Numbered from the stretch's first letter, positions 27,111 to 39,590 are shown. The stretch is DNA of 64,000 bases from Octopus sinensis (GCF_006345805.1 NC_042999.1:79298001-79362000), one strand, 5' to 3'. The notes: generated from the sequence alone by a model not told the origin. Numbers and translations: made by a program.

Positions 27111-27448
27111 AAAATTCCAAGGCCACAGGAGTAAACAAACTCAATGGTCGTCGGTTTAACGTGTATTATGCAGTATAGTAATTTTAATGTGTATTATTTA
27201 GTATAGTAAATTTTTATGCAATATCAATAATATATTTGATTTTATATTTTATAATAGCTTATAGGTAATATCTTTCATTATTAATTGAATTACTTTATGT
27301 AAGCATATATATATATTATATATATAAACACATATATATGTATATATGTATACGTATATATCAATATATATATAGAGAGAGAGAGACAGAGAGAAAATAT
27401 ACTTACGTATAAGGATAGAGGTATGGATACAGAAGCCGCCATTATATA

Positions 27449-27647
27449 TGTAAAAAGTAAAAAATATATACAAACTGGGACAAGAACGTGAAACACCTAG
27501 GAGACGACACAAGAACCACCGAAATTGCGAAGATGATCTGGTTCTTGACTGATGACTGAGGGCTTCGAATGTCCCGTCCTGTGGTTCTTGTGTCGTCTCC
27601 TAGGTGTTCCCGTTCTTGTCCCATTTGTATATATTTTACTTTTTACA
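27449..27647. repeat. Foldback element: ~70-bp inverted arms; spacer with degenerate hammerhead-like core
   Basis: 27449-27519 is near reverse-complementary to 27581-27647 (acacctaggagacgacacaagaaccac / gtggttcttgtgtcgtctcctaggtgt). The spacer contains CTGATGA...CGAATGTC. Confidence 0.85.
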
Positions 27648-27656
27648 CACATAGTA

Positions 27657-27766
<110 letters not shown>

Positions 27767-28344
27767 GTATATGTATATATGCAAATGTATATATATATTT
27801 ATATATATATATGTTATATCATAAAATATTTATTATATGTATTATATGTTATATACGTGTATAGGTATGGAGAAGAAAGAAACTGAATGAGACAGGTGAG
27901 AAAGTTAGAGTATACAGGAGGGAGAGTTTTTCTCTGTGCACGTATGTGTGTGTGTGTGTGAGTGTGTGCGTACGCGCACTCGTACGACTGCAAAAGACCG
28001 ATGAGAGAGAGGAAGAGAGAGAAAGAGAGAAAGTGAAAGAGAAACAGGGACAGACAGATAGATAGACAGAGAGAGAAAAGAGAGAATGAGCAAAATGCAT
28101 AACGTACGTACAATTATGTAGTCAGGCTAAGGGACGGCTGACTACATACATATCAGCTTAACTAATATATATGTGTGTGTCTTTGTGTGCGCGTGCCTGT
28201 GTGTATGCATATGCGCATATATGCGTAGATATGTATGTATATATGACGCTAATCAAAGTGAGTGTATGTTTGTGTGGTGTCTTTTATCGTTTTAACTGGT
28301 TTTATCCAGCGGTTGAGGCCATGATGGACACCGCTTATATATAT

Positions 28345-28396
<52 letters not shown>

Positions 28397-28490
28397 CTAT
28401 CTATATATATATCTATATATATAATATATATATATATATATTATATATATATATAGAGAGAGAGAGAGAGGAGAGAGAGAGAGTGAGAGT

Positions 28491-28525
<35 letters not shown>

Positions 28526-28694
28526 AAGAGAGCGTCTTTTAATACTTTGCACGTATCACGTCTACAGTTATTGCTTTTTCTTTTTTTTCGTTTGTGGGGA
28601 TTAATTGTATATATGTATATCGTTTATCAGGATGTTTTGTTGTCCCTTTTTGTATTTTATATATATATATACACACACACACAAAGACAGAAAA

Positions 28695-28741
<47 letters not shown>

Positions 28742-29708
28742 GTGTAATGCTTTTACTAATATGCATAAATTCATGTATTCGCGTATATACGTAAGTTTGC
28801 ATGAATATACGCAGATAGAAAGGAAGGATGAAGAAAGGAGTGGTGAAATGATAGAATAGCATAAAAGGAAAAAAAGTTATGTATAAATATATGGCTGAGG
28901 AACTTGTCTCTTATTAAAAATATCATAAAATGCATAAACGAAAGACGAATGAGAAGTTACAGCAAAAATAAATTTAAATGCACTTTCACACACACAAACA
29001 AAAGAATGAGAAGAATGTTAAATATATGGCTTTCTTACAAAGGCACTGAACCAAAAAAGTTCGAATGAGGTACCATTGATTTCTTTACCTTGTCTTGTGT
29101 CCTCAACATGTTGATGGAGTCTTAAAACACGGAGTGGCTTGTGTACCTTTAACCCTCGAGAAACCTAACTCATTCTAGATCAGACCAAAGCTGGTTCCTT
29201 GTAGAGAGGGAGGGAGTAGTAAAAAAAAAATGAGCAAAGGGAAGATTTGACCCACATCAGATTGGTACTTTATTTGTCTACCCCCAAAAGGGTGAATGGT
29301 AAAGCTGACGTTGACAAGAATTATGCTCTGAACGTAGGGAGCCATGACGGCTAAAAGAAAGCAATCTATCCAACATTCTCTCGACTCTCCTAGTTGGCTG
29401 CTTAGCATCGATTATATATCAAAGGCAAGACTTTACTCACCTCCAAGGTGACTGGGCTAGATAGAGCAAGGCATTATACCAGTCTGCTAGGAATACCAAC
29501 ATTATCTCTTTTTATGTGTTGAATTATCCAAATTGTTAGAACACAAGATTCTTCGTATACTCATTTCCTATATGTAGAAAATGTCTGCCAGTTATTCAAA
29601 TCAGGAAAGAGTAGACTATGCTAGCTTGATGAAGTACAATAAATCCAAAGCATGTTTATAGTTATTCACTTTCCTGCGAATAAAACATAGATTTCCTTAT
29701 CAGTATGG

Positions 29709-29893
29709 TTTGATTTGATCTAGTTTCAGCTCATGAGCTGTGGCCAAGCTGGGGCATCGCCATTACAGTGTGAGACTGTAAAGTACCAAGGTTTCCTCAG
29801 TGGTCACCCATCTAAGTACTAACTAGGCTCGACGTTGCTTAACTTCGGTGATCGGACAAGAATCGGTGCTTTCAACGTGATATGGCCGTAAGC
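29709..29893 (-). mobile_element. 5S-rRNA-derived SINE candidate (5S head 29773-29893 plus SINE/LINE-type tail 29709-29762)
   Basis: Reverse complement GCTTACGGCCATATCACGTTGAAAGCACCGATTCTTGTCCGATCACCGAAGTTAAGCAACGTCGAGCCTAGTTAGTACTTAGATGGGTGACCAC... is unmistakably 5S rRNA for ~95 nt, then diverges. It continues into ggcgatgccccagcttggccacagctcatgagctgaaactag, homologous to the family A SINE tail. Confidence 0.8.
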
Positions 29894-31254
29894 CTTATAA
29901 ACTGATTTTGTGAAATTATTTCCTAATTTCTCGAATTTATCTTTTTTTTTTTCTTTGACAATTGTTAACAATTAATTATAAGATTTTGCTTCCTTTCTCC
30001 TTCCCCCACCAAAAAAAAAAAAGGAGGTAAATTTCAATTAGACAATTCTATTTTAGTATATATCATCCACTACAACACTTCTGAACTTAAATTCATGCGA
30101 TTGCCTTACTTGGCTTATTTCCCTTAACTCTGTTTCCTTATTTAGTTCTTATTTATGCATGATCTCTAATATTTTGAGTGGGAAGAGAGAACGTCAGATC
30201 AATTGACCCCCGTACAATGAGTCAAATCCGTCCAGATATGAACATAGAACGTAAAGAGACGTAAATAAATGACACGTGACATTAGCTCTGATATTTTGTT
30301 GTTTCATCAATCCAATCCCTTAAGTAATAACAACGACAACAATAAAAATGATGATCATGATGATAATGGTGATGACAGTTTTTTTTTTATAAGCTGCTAG
30401 GCTGTCCGATGAAGGTGATGTTGCAATGACAGTTTACAACGGGATATTTACAAAAAAGAATAAGTAAAAGATAAACGAGAACGGGAGAAAAAAAGAAAGG
30501 AATTCATAGTATACAAAATACACGAATGTACAGTCATCCTAATTCCGGAGAGCCTCCAACTGGGCTAATCAAGGAATTTCCTAAATCTAGGCTCACCCTG
30601 ACTACCAAAGCCACAACGCCTCACTCTAATATTATTTCCCATCCTCTAGGCGTATGTTTTAAACAGCTCCATTCAAAATGTCTAACTATTTCTATTACAC
30701 TCCCTTATGTTTTGACAAATTCGGAGGAGGAGAGTATTTCCCTCTCCAACACCGGTTTGTTGTTTCTAACTTAGGAACAGTTTTGAGGGATAGGGATTAG
30801 TTGATACCATCAATCCGAGTGCTTGACTGGTATTGTAATTTATTGACGCTGGAGGATGAATGGTAAAGTTGAACTTAGCAGTAATTGAACCCTGAATGTA
30901 AATATCGCAAAATATTTTATCCGACAAAACTAAATTTTAGAAATGCGGGTTATCGACTCATCGATTACATCACTTGATTGGTGATATATTTCTCGTTAGC
31001 GTGAGGAGGAGGAAACACAAGGGTGATTTTGACGAGAATCGAACCGAGAATGCATAGTGACCGCAATACATTTACTCTGTCACCTATCGAATATAAAACC
31101 AATGTTCGAAATCTGATGGAATAATTCCTTTTAATGACGAACAATGTATACCAATGCCAGGGAATTATAGAAGGTGGGTACGAAATGTTGTTTTGATGTA
31201 AATTTGCAAAGTTTCGGCTAGGATCAAAATATCAAGAAATGTCCTTTCTACTAT

Positions 31255-31450
31255 AGGCCTAAAATTTGAGAGAAGGGACTCTAGTCGATTACTTCGACCC
31301 CAGTGCTCATCTGGTACTTATTTCATTGATCGCGAAAGGATGGAAAGCAAAGTCGACCTCGGTGGAATTTGAACTCAGAACGTAAAGACAGACGAAATGC
31401 TGCTAAGCACTTTCTCCGGCGGGGTAACGATTCTACCAACTCGTCGCCTT
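31255..31450 (-). mobile_element. SINE family B, monomer
   Basis: gtcgattacttcgaccccagtgc...aaagtcgacctcggtggaatttgaactcagaacgtaaagacagacgaaatgctgctaagca. Confidence 0.85.
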
Positions 31451-32036
31451 AAAAGTATCAAGAAATATGACATTAATTTCAGTGTTGAGTCTCTTTTCTT
31501 TTTGTTCACACTCACGTGTTTAGGCATATACACACACACTTACACATATACACGCACACTTACACATATACAAACACACTTACACATACACATACACACT
31601 TACATAAATACACTCACACACTCATTCGCATATGCACACTCTCCTATATAATATTAAATTCCTCCTTAAAATTCACCGATAGACAAGAAAGGACTACAAG
31701 TGGATCCCTCCTTATTTTATAGCCCTAAGCGATGTTCTTCAAGTGATCATCTACTTTAGAGAGGGAAATTTTCAAACACCGTTAGGAGTTTATCTCAGAG
31801 TAGAAAAGATAAGCATCCAGCAAGTTCAGGCCTTGACCTCGTTTTCAATCACCATTTGTATATCTTCATTTCTGTTCTCTTATATGAATAACGTGTCCTC
31901 AAATTAAGCATGAACACCACATAATCACATATGCCCGCTACTTTACGTTATCGTTTCTGAGCCGAAATAATGTTTTATATTCACTTAAATCCAGAAATTT
32001 TGAAGGATCATCGTTGATGGCAGCATTTACTTAGAT

Positions 32037-32300
32037 CAGTAGTTCTCAACTAATTTCTTTTGCCTTGGAACGCCTTTGATTCTTATTTTATTGTATTGGA
32101 CCCCAATAGCAATTCAAAGTATATATATATATATATATATATATAAACCTTACTATAGTTTTATAATAAGATATTATTAGGAGTCGTAAACATTTTTAAT
32201 TTCTTTGTGTATTGTAGAAGTTTAACCAATTTATTGCACACAAATTTTAACAATAAAATGAACTGACAAGGTCCATATGGACTCCGGTTAAGAACTGCTG
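32037..32300. mobile_element. hAT (Charlie-like) MITE with 14-bp TIRs and 8-bp TSD
   Basis: TIRs CAGTAGTTCTCAAC / GTTAAGAACTGCTG (12/14 match); flanking ACTTAGAT (32029-32036) and ACTTAAAT (32301-32308). Confidence 0.8.
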
Positions 32301-32904
32301 ACTTAAATTATAAAAATTTCAAGGGAAGGGAATAAAAAGTTGAACTTGATGTTATGTGAACCCAGAATGTACTGGTACATAACTATAATCCCAAAGAATT
32401 TAACTCGATACTATTCAGTTTTTTTTATTAACTCAGTGACATTTGCCAGTAAATAACAAAACATATGGAGAACTATACTGGGTATAAATAATACATCCAC
32501 CGTCACATTGTGAAGAAATGTACTACCCAATACAGCTTCGAGTTCAAACACAAGAACAAGGTCACACATTTGGAGGAAGTGGGTAGAATAGATTATATCG
32601 AATGCAGTATTTGACTAATTTCGATATTTTACCGAGCCTAAAAGTACTAAAGCAGAAATAAATAATTTTAAACATTCAGCAGAATTTAAACGAAGTTGAC
32701 TTGGTAGTACCGAGCTAATTTATACGGTGCCCTACTTATTTTGCAACCAACCGTATTCTCTTATTCATTTTTTCATCTTTTAGTCAAGAATAAAGGGAGT
32801 GCCCGTGGCTCTTTGTTGTGCACTGGCCCGAATCTTTGCAACAGATTTAATAGAAAAAATATATTTCTAATCAGTGTTTGTATCCTATATTTATCATAAA
32901 TTTA

Positions 32905-33120
32905 AGGCGGTGAGCTGGCCAGAATCATTAGCACGCTTAATGCACATCGCTTGTCTTAACGCACTGAGTTTAAATTCTGCCGAGGCCGACTTTGCCATTT
33001 ATCATTTCAGGGTCGATAAAATAAATATCTGTTCGATAAAATATGTACTGTGGTCGATGCAATCGACTTATCCCGTCCCACCATCACGAACCTGCTGGTC
33101 CTGTACTAGAATTTTGGAAC
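32905..33120 (+). mobile_element. SINE family B, monomer
   Basis: aggcggtgagctggccagaatcattagcac...gagtttaaattctgccgaggccgactttgcc...gtcgatgcaatcgactta. Confidence 0.8.
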
Positions 33121-33976
33121 CAATATTTATCATATAATTTCTAATTCAGTTACAAGGCCCACCTCCCGCATCTTAATGAAAGCGCGTACCTGTCCATTTC
33201 AACCATACTATATAAATAGTAGCTATTCAATATATAGCCACAAAAATCTAACAGAACAGAAATAAATGCTGTCTCTTTCTCTAATTAAATCTTGAGTAAT
33301 AGAAAAATTAACAAGGGCGCACCATCAGCTGGTTCTTAGGTGCCTACATCGGAGTTCATCCTGTTGCAAGCAATCGGGGTAGGTTACCAGCTTGAGGATA
33401 ATTTCCGCCTTTTTATCTCCGATGAAGTAAGAAAACAAATGATCATGAGTGTGATCCTTCTCTTTTTGACTAAACGGTAAATATATATCATTACAAATGC
33501 GCCATGGTAGAAAAATAGATAAGAGTGTCACATCTGAATTTCTGTGGATCGTACGTGAACTCGATCGGGGCTGACTTATCTCATATCTCCTATGTCCAAT
33601 GAGTGTAATATTTTCGCCAAGAGGCTATTGATTTCTTATATCAATATATGGCCTGACATCTGGATGGAGTGAGGAAACAGTCACTTACATCGACTCCAGT
33701 ATTTCACTGGTACTTAAGTTTATTACCAAGAATATATTAAAGCGCAGATGATAAAAAATTTATAATCCTTGCATTAAGATATGAGAAGTAGCTTAATGTC
33801 TGTTCGTCTAGCTGTCTGGCTTTTGTTTCACACCCCCTACACACATACATAAAATCTTATATACACATGCATACACACATAGGTGATACCAGACACACGC
33901 ATATACACCCAGGCTTCTCTCTTTCTCTCATCTTCTGTTTGCATGGCTGTCTATATGACTCCCTCTACTCACCTCT

Positions 33977-34014
<38 letters not shown>

Positions 34015-34910
34015 CACACACACATCGTTACACTCCACCCCACACACACACATATATAAACAGAAATGTGTTAACAAAGTGTGTCTAATATCACGATGAA
34101 ATTAAACCCCGAATATAGCAGAATCCCCATATGTTCAGAATGTGTTTATTGACGTCTCGCAGCATCTCAGAAGACCTAACCAGGATGATGATGATGATGA
34201 TTACGACGATGATGATGATCATCATCATCACCATCATCATTATCGTCATTAATATACATAGCCACACCAACCAGTATGTACCCTTACCATCTCACATCAT
34301 AATTATCATCATCTCATCATCCGCCTCCTCCTCCCCCTCCTCCTCCACATCATCATCATCATCACCATCACCAACTGCAGCAGCATCAGCAGTGTCATCG
34401 TCCGTGTCGCGGGCTTCGTTTGTTACTTCTTCAGTATATTATATTTCTATATTAGTTATATATTCTTTTCAAACACGTTAAAACTTGTCTGTCGGGTTTT
34501 GGGGGCCTACGTGCCCCGTGTATTGCGATGGTAGATCGGGGAGCCAAAGTGTGACCCCACCCCACCCCACCCACCACTCTTGCAGATATTGTCAACAGTC
34601 AGTGTTCATCTAGCGGTTTTATACGCACATACACAGTCGCGTATGTATAATTATTTCGATAACTCGCTATATGAGTACATACATAGACATATATGCGAGT
34701 GTGTAAACATTATGTAAATAAATATAAATACACACAAATATGCATGCGTGTATGCATATATATCCACACACTCGCATACACACATATATGTATATATACA
34801 CACATATATATGCATACATATACACGTACACGCATGTATATACAAATATACATATAAACTGCACATATACACACATATATATATGTGGGTGTGTGTATGT
34901 GAGTGTGAAT

Positions 34911-34987
<77 letters not shown>

Positions 34988-35428
34988 TGTATATGTGCAT
35001 GCATACACACAAAAACTGTAGGTGCCCCTACTGTCTTATCTAACCTACTTCCCCACCAACACCTAATGTCTGAACCGCTCTCCTGTGTTCTCTTGTCTTC
35101 GCCTATATCATCGCCACTGCCTTTCTCCACTTACACGACCCGTTCTCCACCCGAACCCTTACCCTGACATGTTTTTATTTCTCATACCCGAAATCCACGA
35201 ACGAAGAATTCAAGAGGCTCTTCTCCTCAGCGGTAGCTTTAAGTAGTCTTTTTTTTCTTCTTTTACACGCATGCAGTTACATAGAAACACTCAAAAAACA
35301 CTCTCACACACACATTCCTACATGCTTGTGTGTGTATCCACAAACTTAGAACTGTTATGCGTGTATGAATACACAGACACACATATGTATATATATACAC
35401 AACACATACCCATATATATATATATATT

Positions 35429-35472
<44 letters not shown>

Positions 35473-35698
35473 CATAGATATATATAAATATATATCTACA
35501 TAAGAATCAATTTCTCTCTCTCTCTCAGTCTTCATATATATATATATATATATAATATATGCATGCACGCGCGTGTGTATATGTGTGTGTGTGTGCATAC
35601 ATATATTCTTTTATTTTTTATTTATTAGTTTCAGACAGATTGTGGCCATACTGGGACCCACACCATTTATATAATTATATGTATATATATATGTAATA

Positions 35699-35758
<60 letters not shown>

Positions 35759-35760
35759 TT

Positions 35761-35989
35761 GACCTCTGGCCGAAATCAGATCGCCATGTTGATTCGTTAG
35801 CTACTGCACGCATTTTTTTCTCTCCTTCTTTCTGTGTTTTTCTCTCAATGTGTATCTTTCTGTTGAAGAGCGTAGGCTCGAAACGTTAAAGACTCGTTTT
35901 ATTTATATTTCCTGAGCGCCATACTAATACAATTGTTCGTTTGTTTTCCAGCTGCCTTCGTCTTTTGTTTATTTTCATAAAGCTTCCCG

Positions 35990-35991
<2 letters not shown>
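35761..35991 (+). mobile_element. Non-coding PLE-like element with minimal hammerhead-like motif
   Basis: 35855-35892 reads TCTTT CTGTTGA A GAGC GTAG GCTC GAAAC GTT AAAGA (stem I TCTTT/AAAGA, stem II GAGC/GCTC); flanked by (TA)n on both sides. Confidence 0.75.
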
Positions 35992-36031
<40 letters not shown>

Positions 36032-36114
36032 GGTCCCGGGTTGATTCGGGGTTAACCACAGTAAATAAGGTACTCAATACATAGCAGAGTAAAATTAATT
36101 TATTATATAGAAGG

Positions 36115-36165
36115 AGCTTCTACAGGACTAGAACTGTTTCATTCAAGAGAAATCTTCAGGAAGCT
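36115..36165 (-). ncRNA. Type I hammerhead ribozyme fold (predicted), inverted copy
   Basis: Exact reverse complement of 36219-36269; lies in the sense of the ARID3 pre-mRNA if the intron spans this position. Confidence 0.7.
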
Positions 36166-36218
36166 AGTTAACAAGAATTGTATTGGATTTATAAATGCCA
36201 ATACAATTCTTGTTAACT

Positions 36219-36269
36219 AGCTTCCTGAAGATTTCTCTTGAATGAAACAGTTCTAGTCCTGTAGAAGCT
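36219..36269 (+). ncRNA. Type I hammerhead ribozyme fold (predicted)
   Basis: AGCTTC-CTGAAGA-T TTC TCTT GAA T-GAA-ACAG TTCTAGTC CTGT-A/GAAGCT. 6-bp stem I, intact CUGANGA and GAAA cores, 4-bp stem III and a GUA cleavage triplet (cut after 36263). Stem II has a U-U in place of the usual 10.1-11.1 pair. Confidence 0.7.
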
Positions 36270-36523
36270 CCTTCTATATAATAATATATATATATTATAT
36301 ATATATATATACATATATATATACATATAATTATATATGGTGGGGTATATATATATATATTTATATTTATATATATTATAGATACATAGATAGACAGATA
36401 GATAGATATACACATCTCTCTATATATTCATATATATGCATATATTAAATGCATATATATATATATATACACACGCATATATATACGTAAATGTATGCAT
36501 TCGTAGTTATATATAGTATTATA

Positions 36524-36556
<33 letters not shown>

Positions 36557-36860
36557 ATATAATATACAAACATGCATACATACATGCACGCAAGTATGTA
36601 TATAGAAGTTTCAGGTTTCATTCTCTCTCCCCAGCTCTATATGCCGATAAAGAAAGAGAGAGACGACAGCAAAAGGGAAGGAATGAAAGATGATCGGATG
36701 AGAGAGAGAGAGGGAGATAGGTGTAGAAACAGAGAAGTAAGAGATTGGGAGAGATTTAAAGTAACAGAGAAAGAGAGAGAATGAACGAACTACAAGGAAA
36801 GAAATTTAGATGATTAAATAAGTATGTATAAGCTCTTATTTCAGTAATAGCATCTATTAG

Positions 36861-36867
36861 GCTGAGA

Positions 36868-36950
<83 letters not shown>

Positions 36951-37022
36951 AGAAGGAGAGAGAGAGTCAGACAGATAGACAGACAGACAGAAAGAGAGTC
37001 AGAAAACCAGACAGACAGAGAA

Positions 37023-37099
<77 letters not shown>

Positions 37100-37302
37100 C
37101 AAACAGACAGACAGAAAGAAAGACAGACAGACAAAAAACACAAACCCACTGACAGATAGATAAATAGATAGAAAGATGATATATAGATAGATAGATGGAT
37201 AGAGATAGATGGATGGATAGGTGATATATAGATAGATGGATGGATAGAGACACAAACAGACAGACACACAGATAGAGAGAGATAGAAATATGGATGGATA
37301 GT

Positions 37303-37390
<88 letters not shown>

Positions 37391-37443
37391 AATATGGATG
37401 GATAGTTAGATAGATAGATAGATAGTTAGATAGATAGATAGAT

Positions 37444-37496
<53 letters not shown>

Positions 37497-37570
37497 AATA
37501 TGGATGGATAGTTAGATAGATAGATAGATAGATAGATAGATATAGATAGATAGATAGATAGATAGATAGT
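36861..37570 (+). repeat. Large (GATA)n / (GACA)n / (GA)n compound array
   Basis: Directly visible; the distal part has a ~105-bp higher-order period. Confidence 0.95.
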
Positions 37571-39103
37571 AAGAATAATATAACCTTCTAAATAGAAAGT
37601 TACAATGATTGATACCTTAATAGATGTGAATGTCTATGTGTATGAATATATATACATACATATTTAATGTTTCATGTCGACCCCAGTAGTTATATCAATT
37701 TGATGCCACACAATTTATTGCGCTCTGTTTCTCGCGCCGTTAAGTTTCGTGATATAAAAATGATACAAAATGACAGACACGTGCACATGTATAAGAGAGA
37801 TATAGAGAGAGAAAGAGAGAGAGAGAGAGAGGAAGAGGAGAGGGAGAAGGTGAGAGAGTCTATATAGCACAACTAAGTGAGCGAATGTGTACAGCATATT
37901 AGTGCAAGACAAGTTGTGTGTTAAGTTATAAGTCCTCTTAGTGATACTGTAACTGTAACTGGTGATGTGCATTGTCGCAGGAGGGAGGCGTGATTTGAAC
38001 CAGCATACTACAACTATTTAATTTATCATTCTATGAATGGAGAGCATCAAAGGCACCTGAAGCTACTGAAAAAGTAGTAAAACCCAGATAGACGAAATAT
38101 ATATTTTTTTAAATTTCATTTCATAGAAGATTAATCAGTGCTTTGATTTTTGCACTTCTTCGAACTCACTCGCCGATTGGCGATATTGTTGCGGTTGATA
38201 TCCAGTTTGAACATTGCTGGATCGAAATAAACAAACAAACAAAAAAAAAAACAACAAAAAAAAAACGGTGTTGGATGTTTGGATTTTGAGAACAACGACT
38301 GGGAAACGACAGGTTTAGTGTGGAATATATGAAGTCATATTAGAAATAGTTAAATTAAGAAAGTGGATTGGAGAAATGAAGTTAGTTCAAAGAAACATAG
38401 GATGTTGCAGTAAGGATAGAACACACAGGGTCAGTTCAATTTTGAAACCGCTGGTGATTAAATCGTTGCCAAGTGATATCGTGCAGTCCCAGTTCAAATA
38501 TTTATTAAAAAATGTCGAAATCCGTATTCCCCGAACGGAAGAGTGTGGCGAGAGAGAGTGAGAGAACTTATTTAAAGTATGACAATTTTTCTTTGGAGTT
38601 TTGAGTAAATTAGGGTGTCAGGACTCTTAGGGATAGGAAGGTTGATAGGGTCGGTAGGTTACAGAAACTTTTGAAGCCACAATTCTTGGACATTTGTGTG
38701 TGTGAGTGTGTAGTGGCCTGTCCAATAGACTGAGTACGATATAATAGTATGGCACATATTCGAGTTTTGCAGAGATCTGGCTCAAATTATTTTCTGAAAC
38801 CAAAAACGGATTGTATTATTGTAATGATTTTAAGAGGCACCGTAATGTATTACAGATTGCGTGAACCGATTAAGGTTACACTACGTGACCCACCTACTGG
38901 AAATAACAACCACATTTCCTCAAATCACATCCTAGTGTCTTAGGAAAAATCACACGTTTGTGTTGTTCTGGGTATCCTCAACAGGATGGCCAGGAATGGA
39001 ATATGCTTGATCAAGATTGCAGAACAGTTTCAGCACCAGCATCACAGATCGTGGAACTGAGCATTTTATAACGACCTTGAGGTGGTGGTTCATGTATATT
39101 ACA

Positions 39104-39590
39104 GTGGCTCTCCGTCGGTAAAGCCAACGAACATTCTAGTTGATCCGATCAACAGAACAGCTTGCTCGTAAAACTAACGTGCAAATGGCTGAGCACTCCA
39201 CAAACATCCGTTTTGCCGTTCAAGAATTTGGACCTGAAGATCTCCATTTCCAGCGACTTCGAGGGGGACCTCGCAGTGGTGTCGGGTGTCAACGAAGAGA
39301 CCTCGACGACAACAAAACGACCAAAGTTTTTTTTTCCCAAGGTCTGGGGTGTCGCGCCCCTAAGCCTTAGACCATCACCTAATCACCCTTACCCGTCTTG
39401 TTGCTTAACAACAACAAGCATCCGTTACCTTAAAGTAGGAAGATTCAGCGTGACAAAAGAGCGACAAAGCTGGTCCTTTGAAATACAGACGCAACTCATT
39501 TTGTGATGAGCAACATAAAATAAAGTGTTTCCTTCAAGAGGCGCTTCGCGTCGTCAGGAATCGAACACATAGCTTTATGATCGTAAGCCT
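39104..39590 (-). mobile_element. tRNA-derived SINE family C interrupted by a 206-bp nested insertion
   Basis: Aligns in reverse to 54237-54555 (gtcacgctgaa..., tttgtggagtgctcagcc..., gatcggatcaact). Extra sequence 39213-39418 lies between CATCCGTT duplicates. Confidence 0.8.

Larger units (their letters stand above)
36100..36284. repeat. Near-perfect 185-bp palindrome (87-bp arms, 11-nt centre)
   Basis: 36100-36186 is the exact reverse complement of 36198-36284; the centre is atttataaatg. Confidence 0.95.

Noticed and set aside
29773-29893. Functional 5S rRNA gene
   Set aside because: The 3' ~25 nt cannot complete the terminal helix properly, there is no oligo-T terminator or tandem array, and it is fused to a SINE-type tail.
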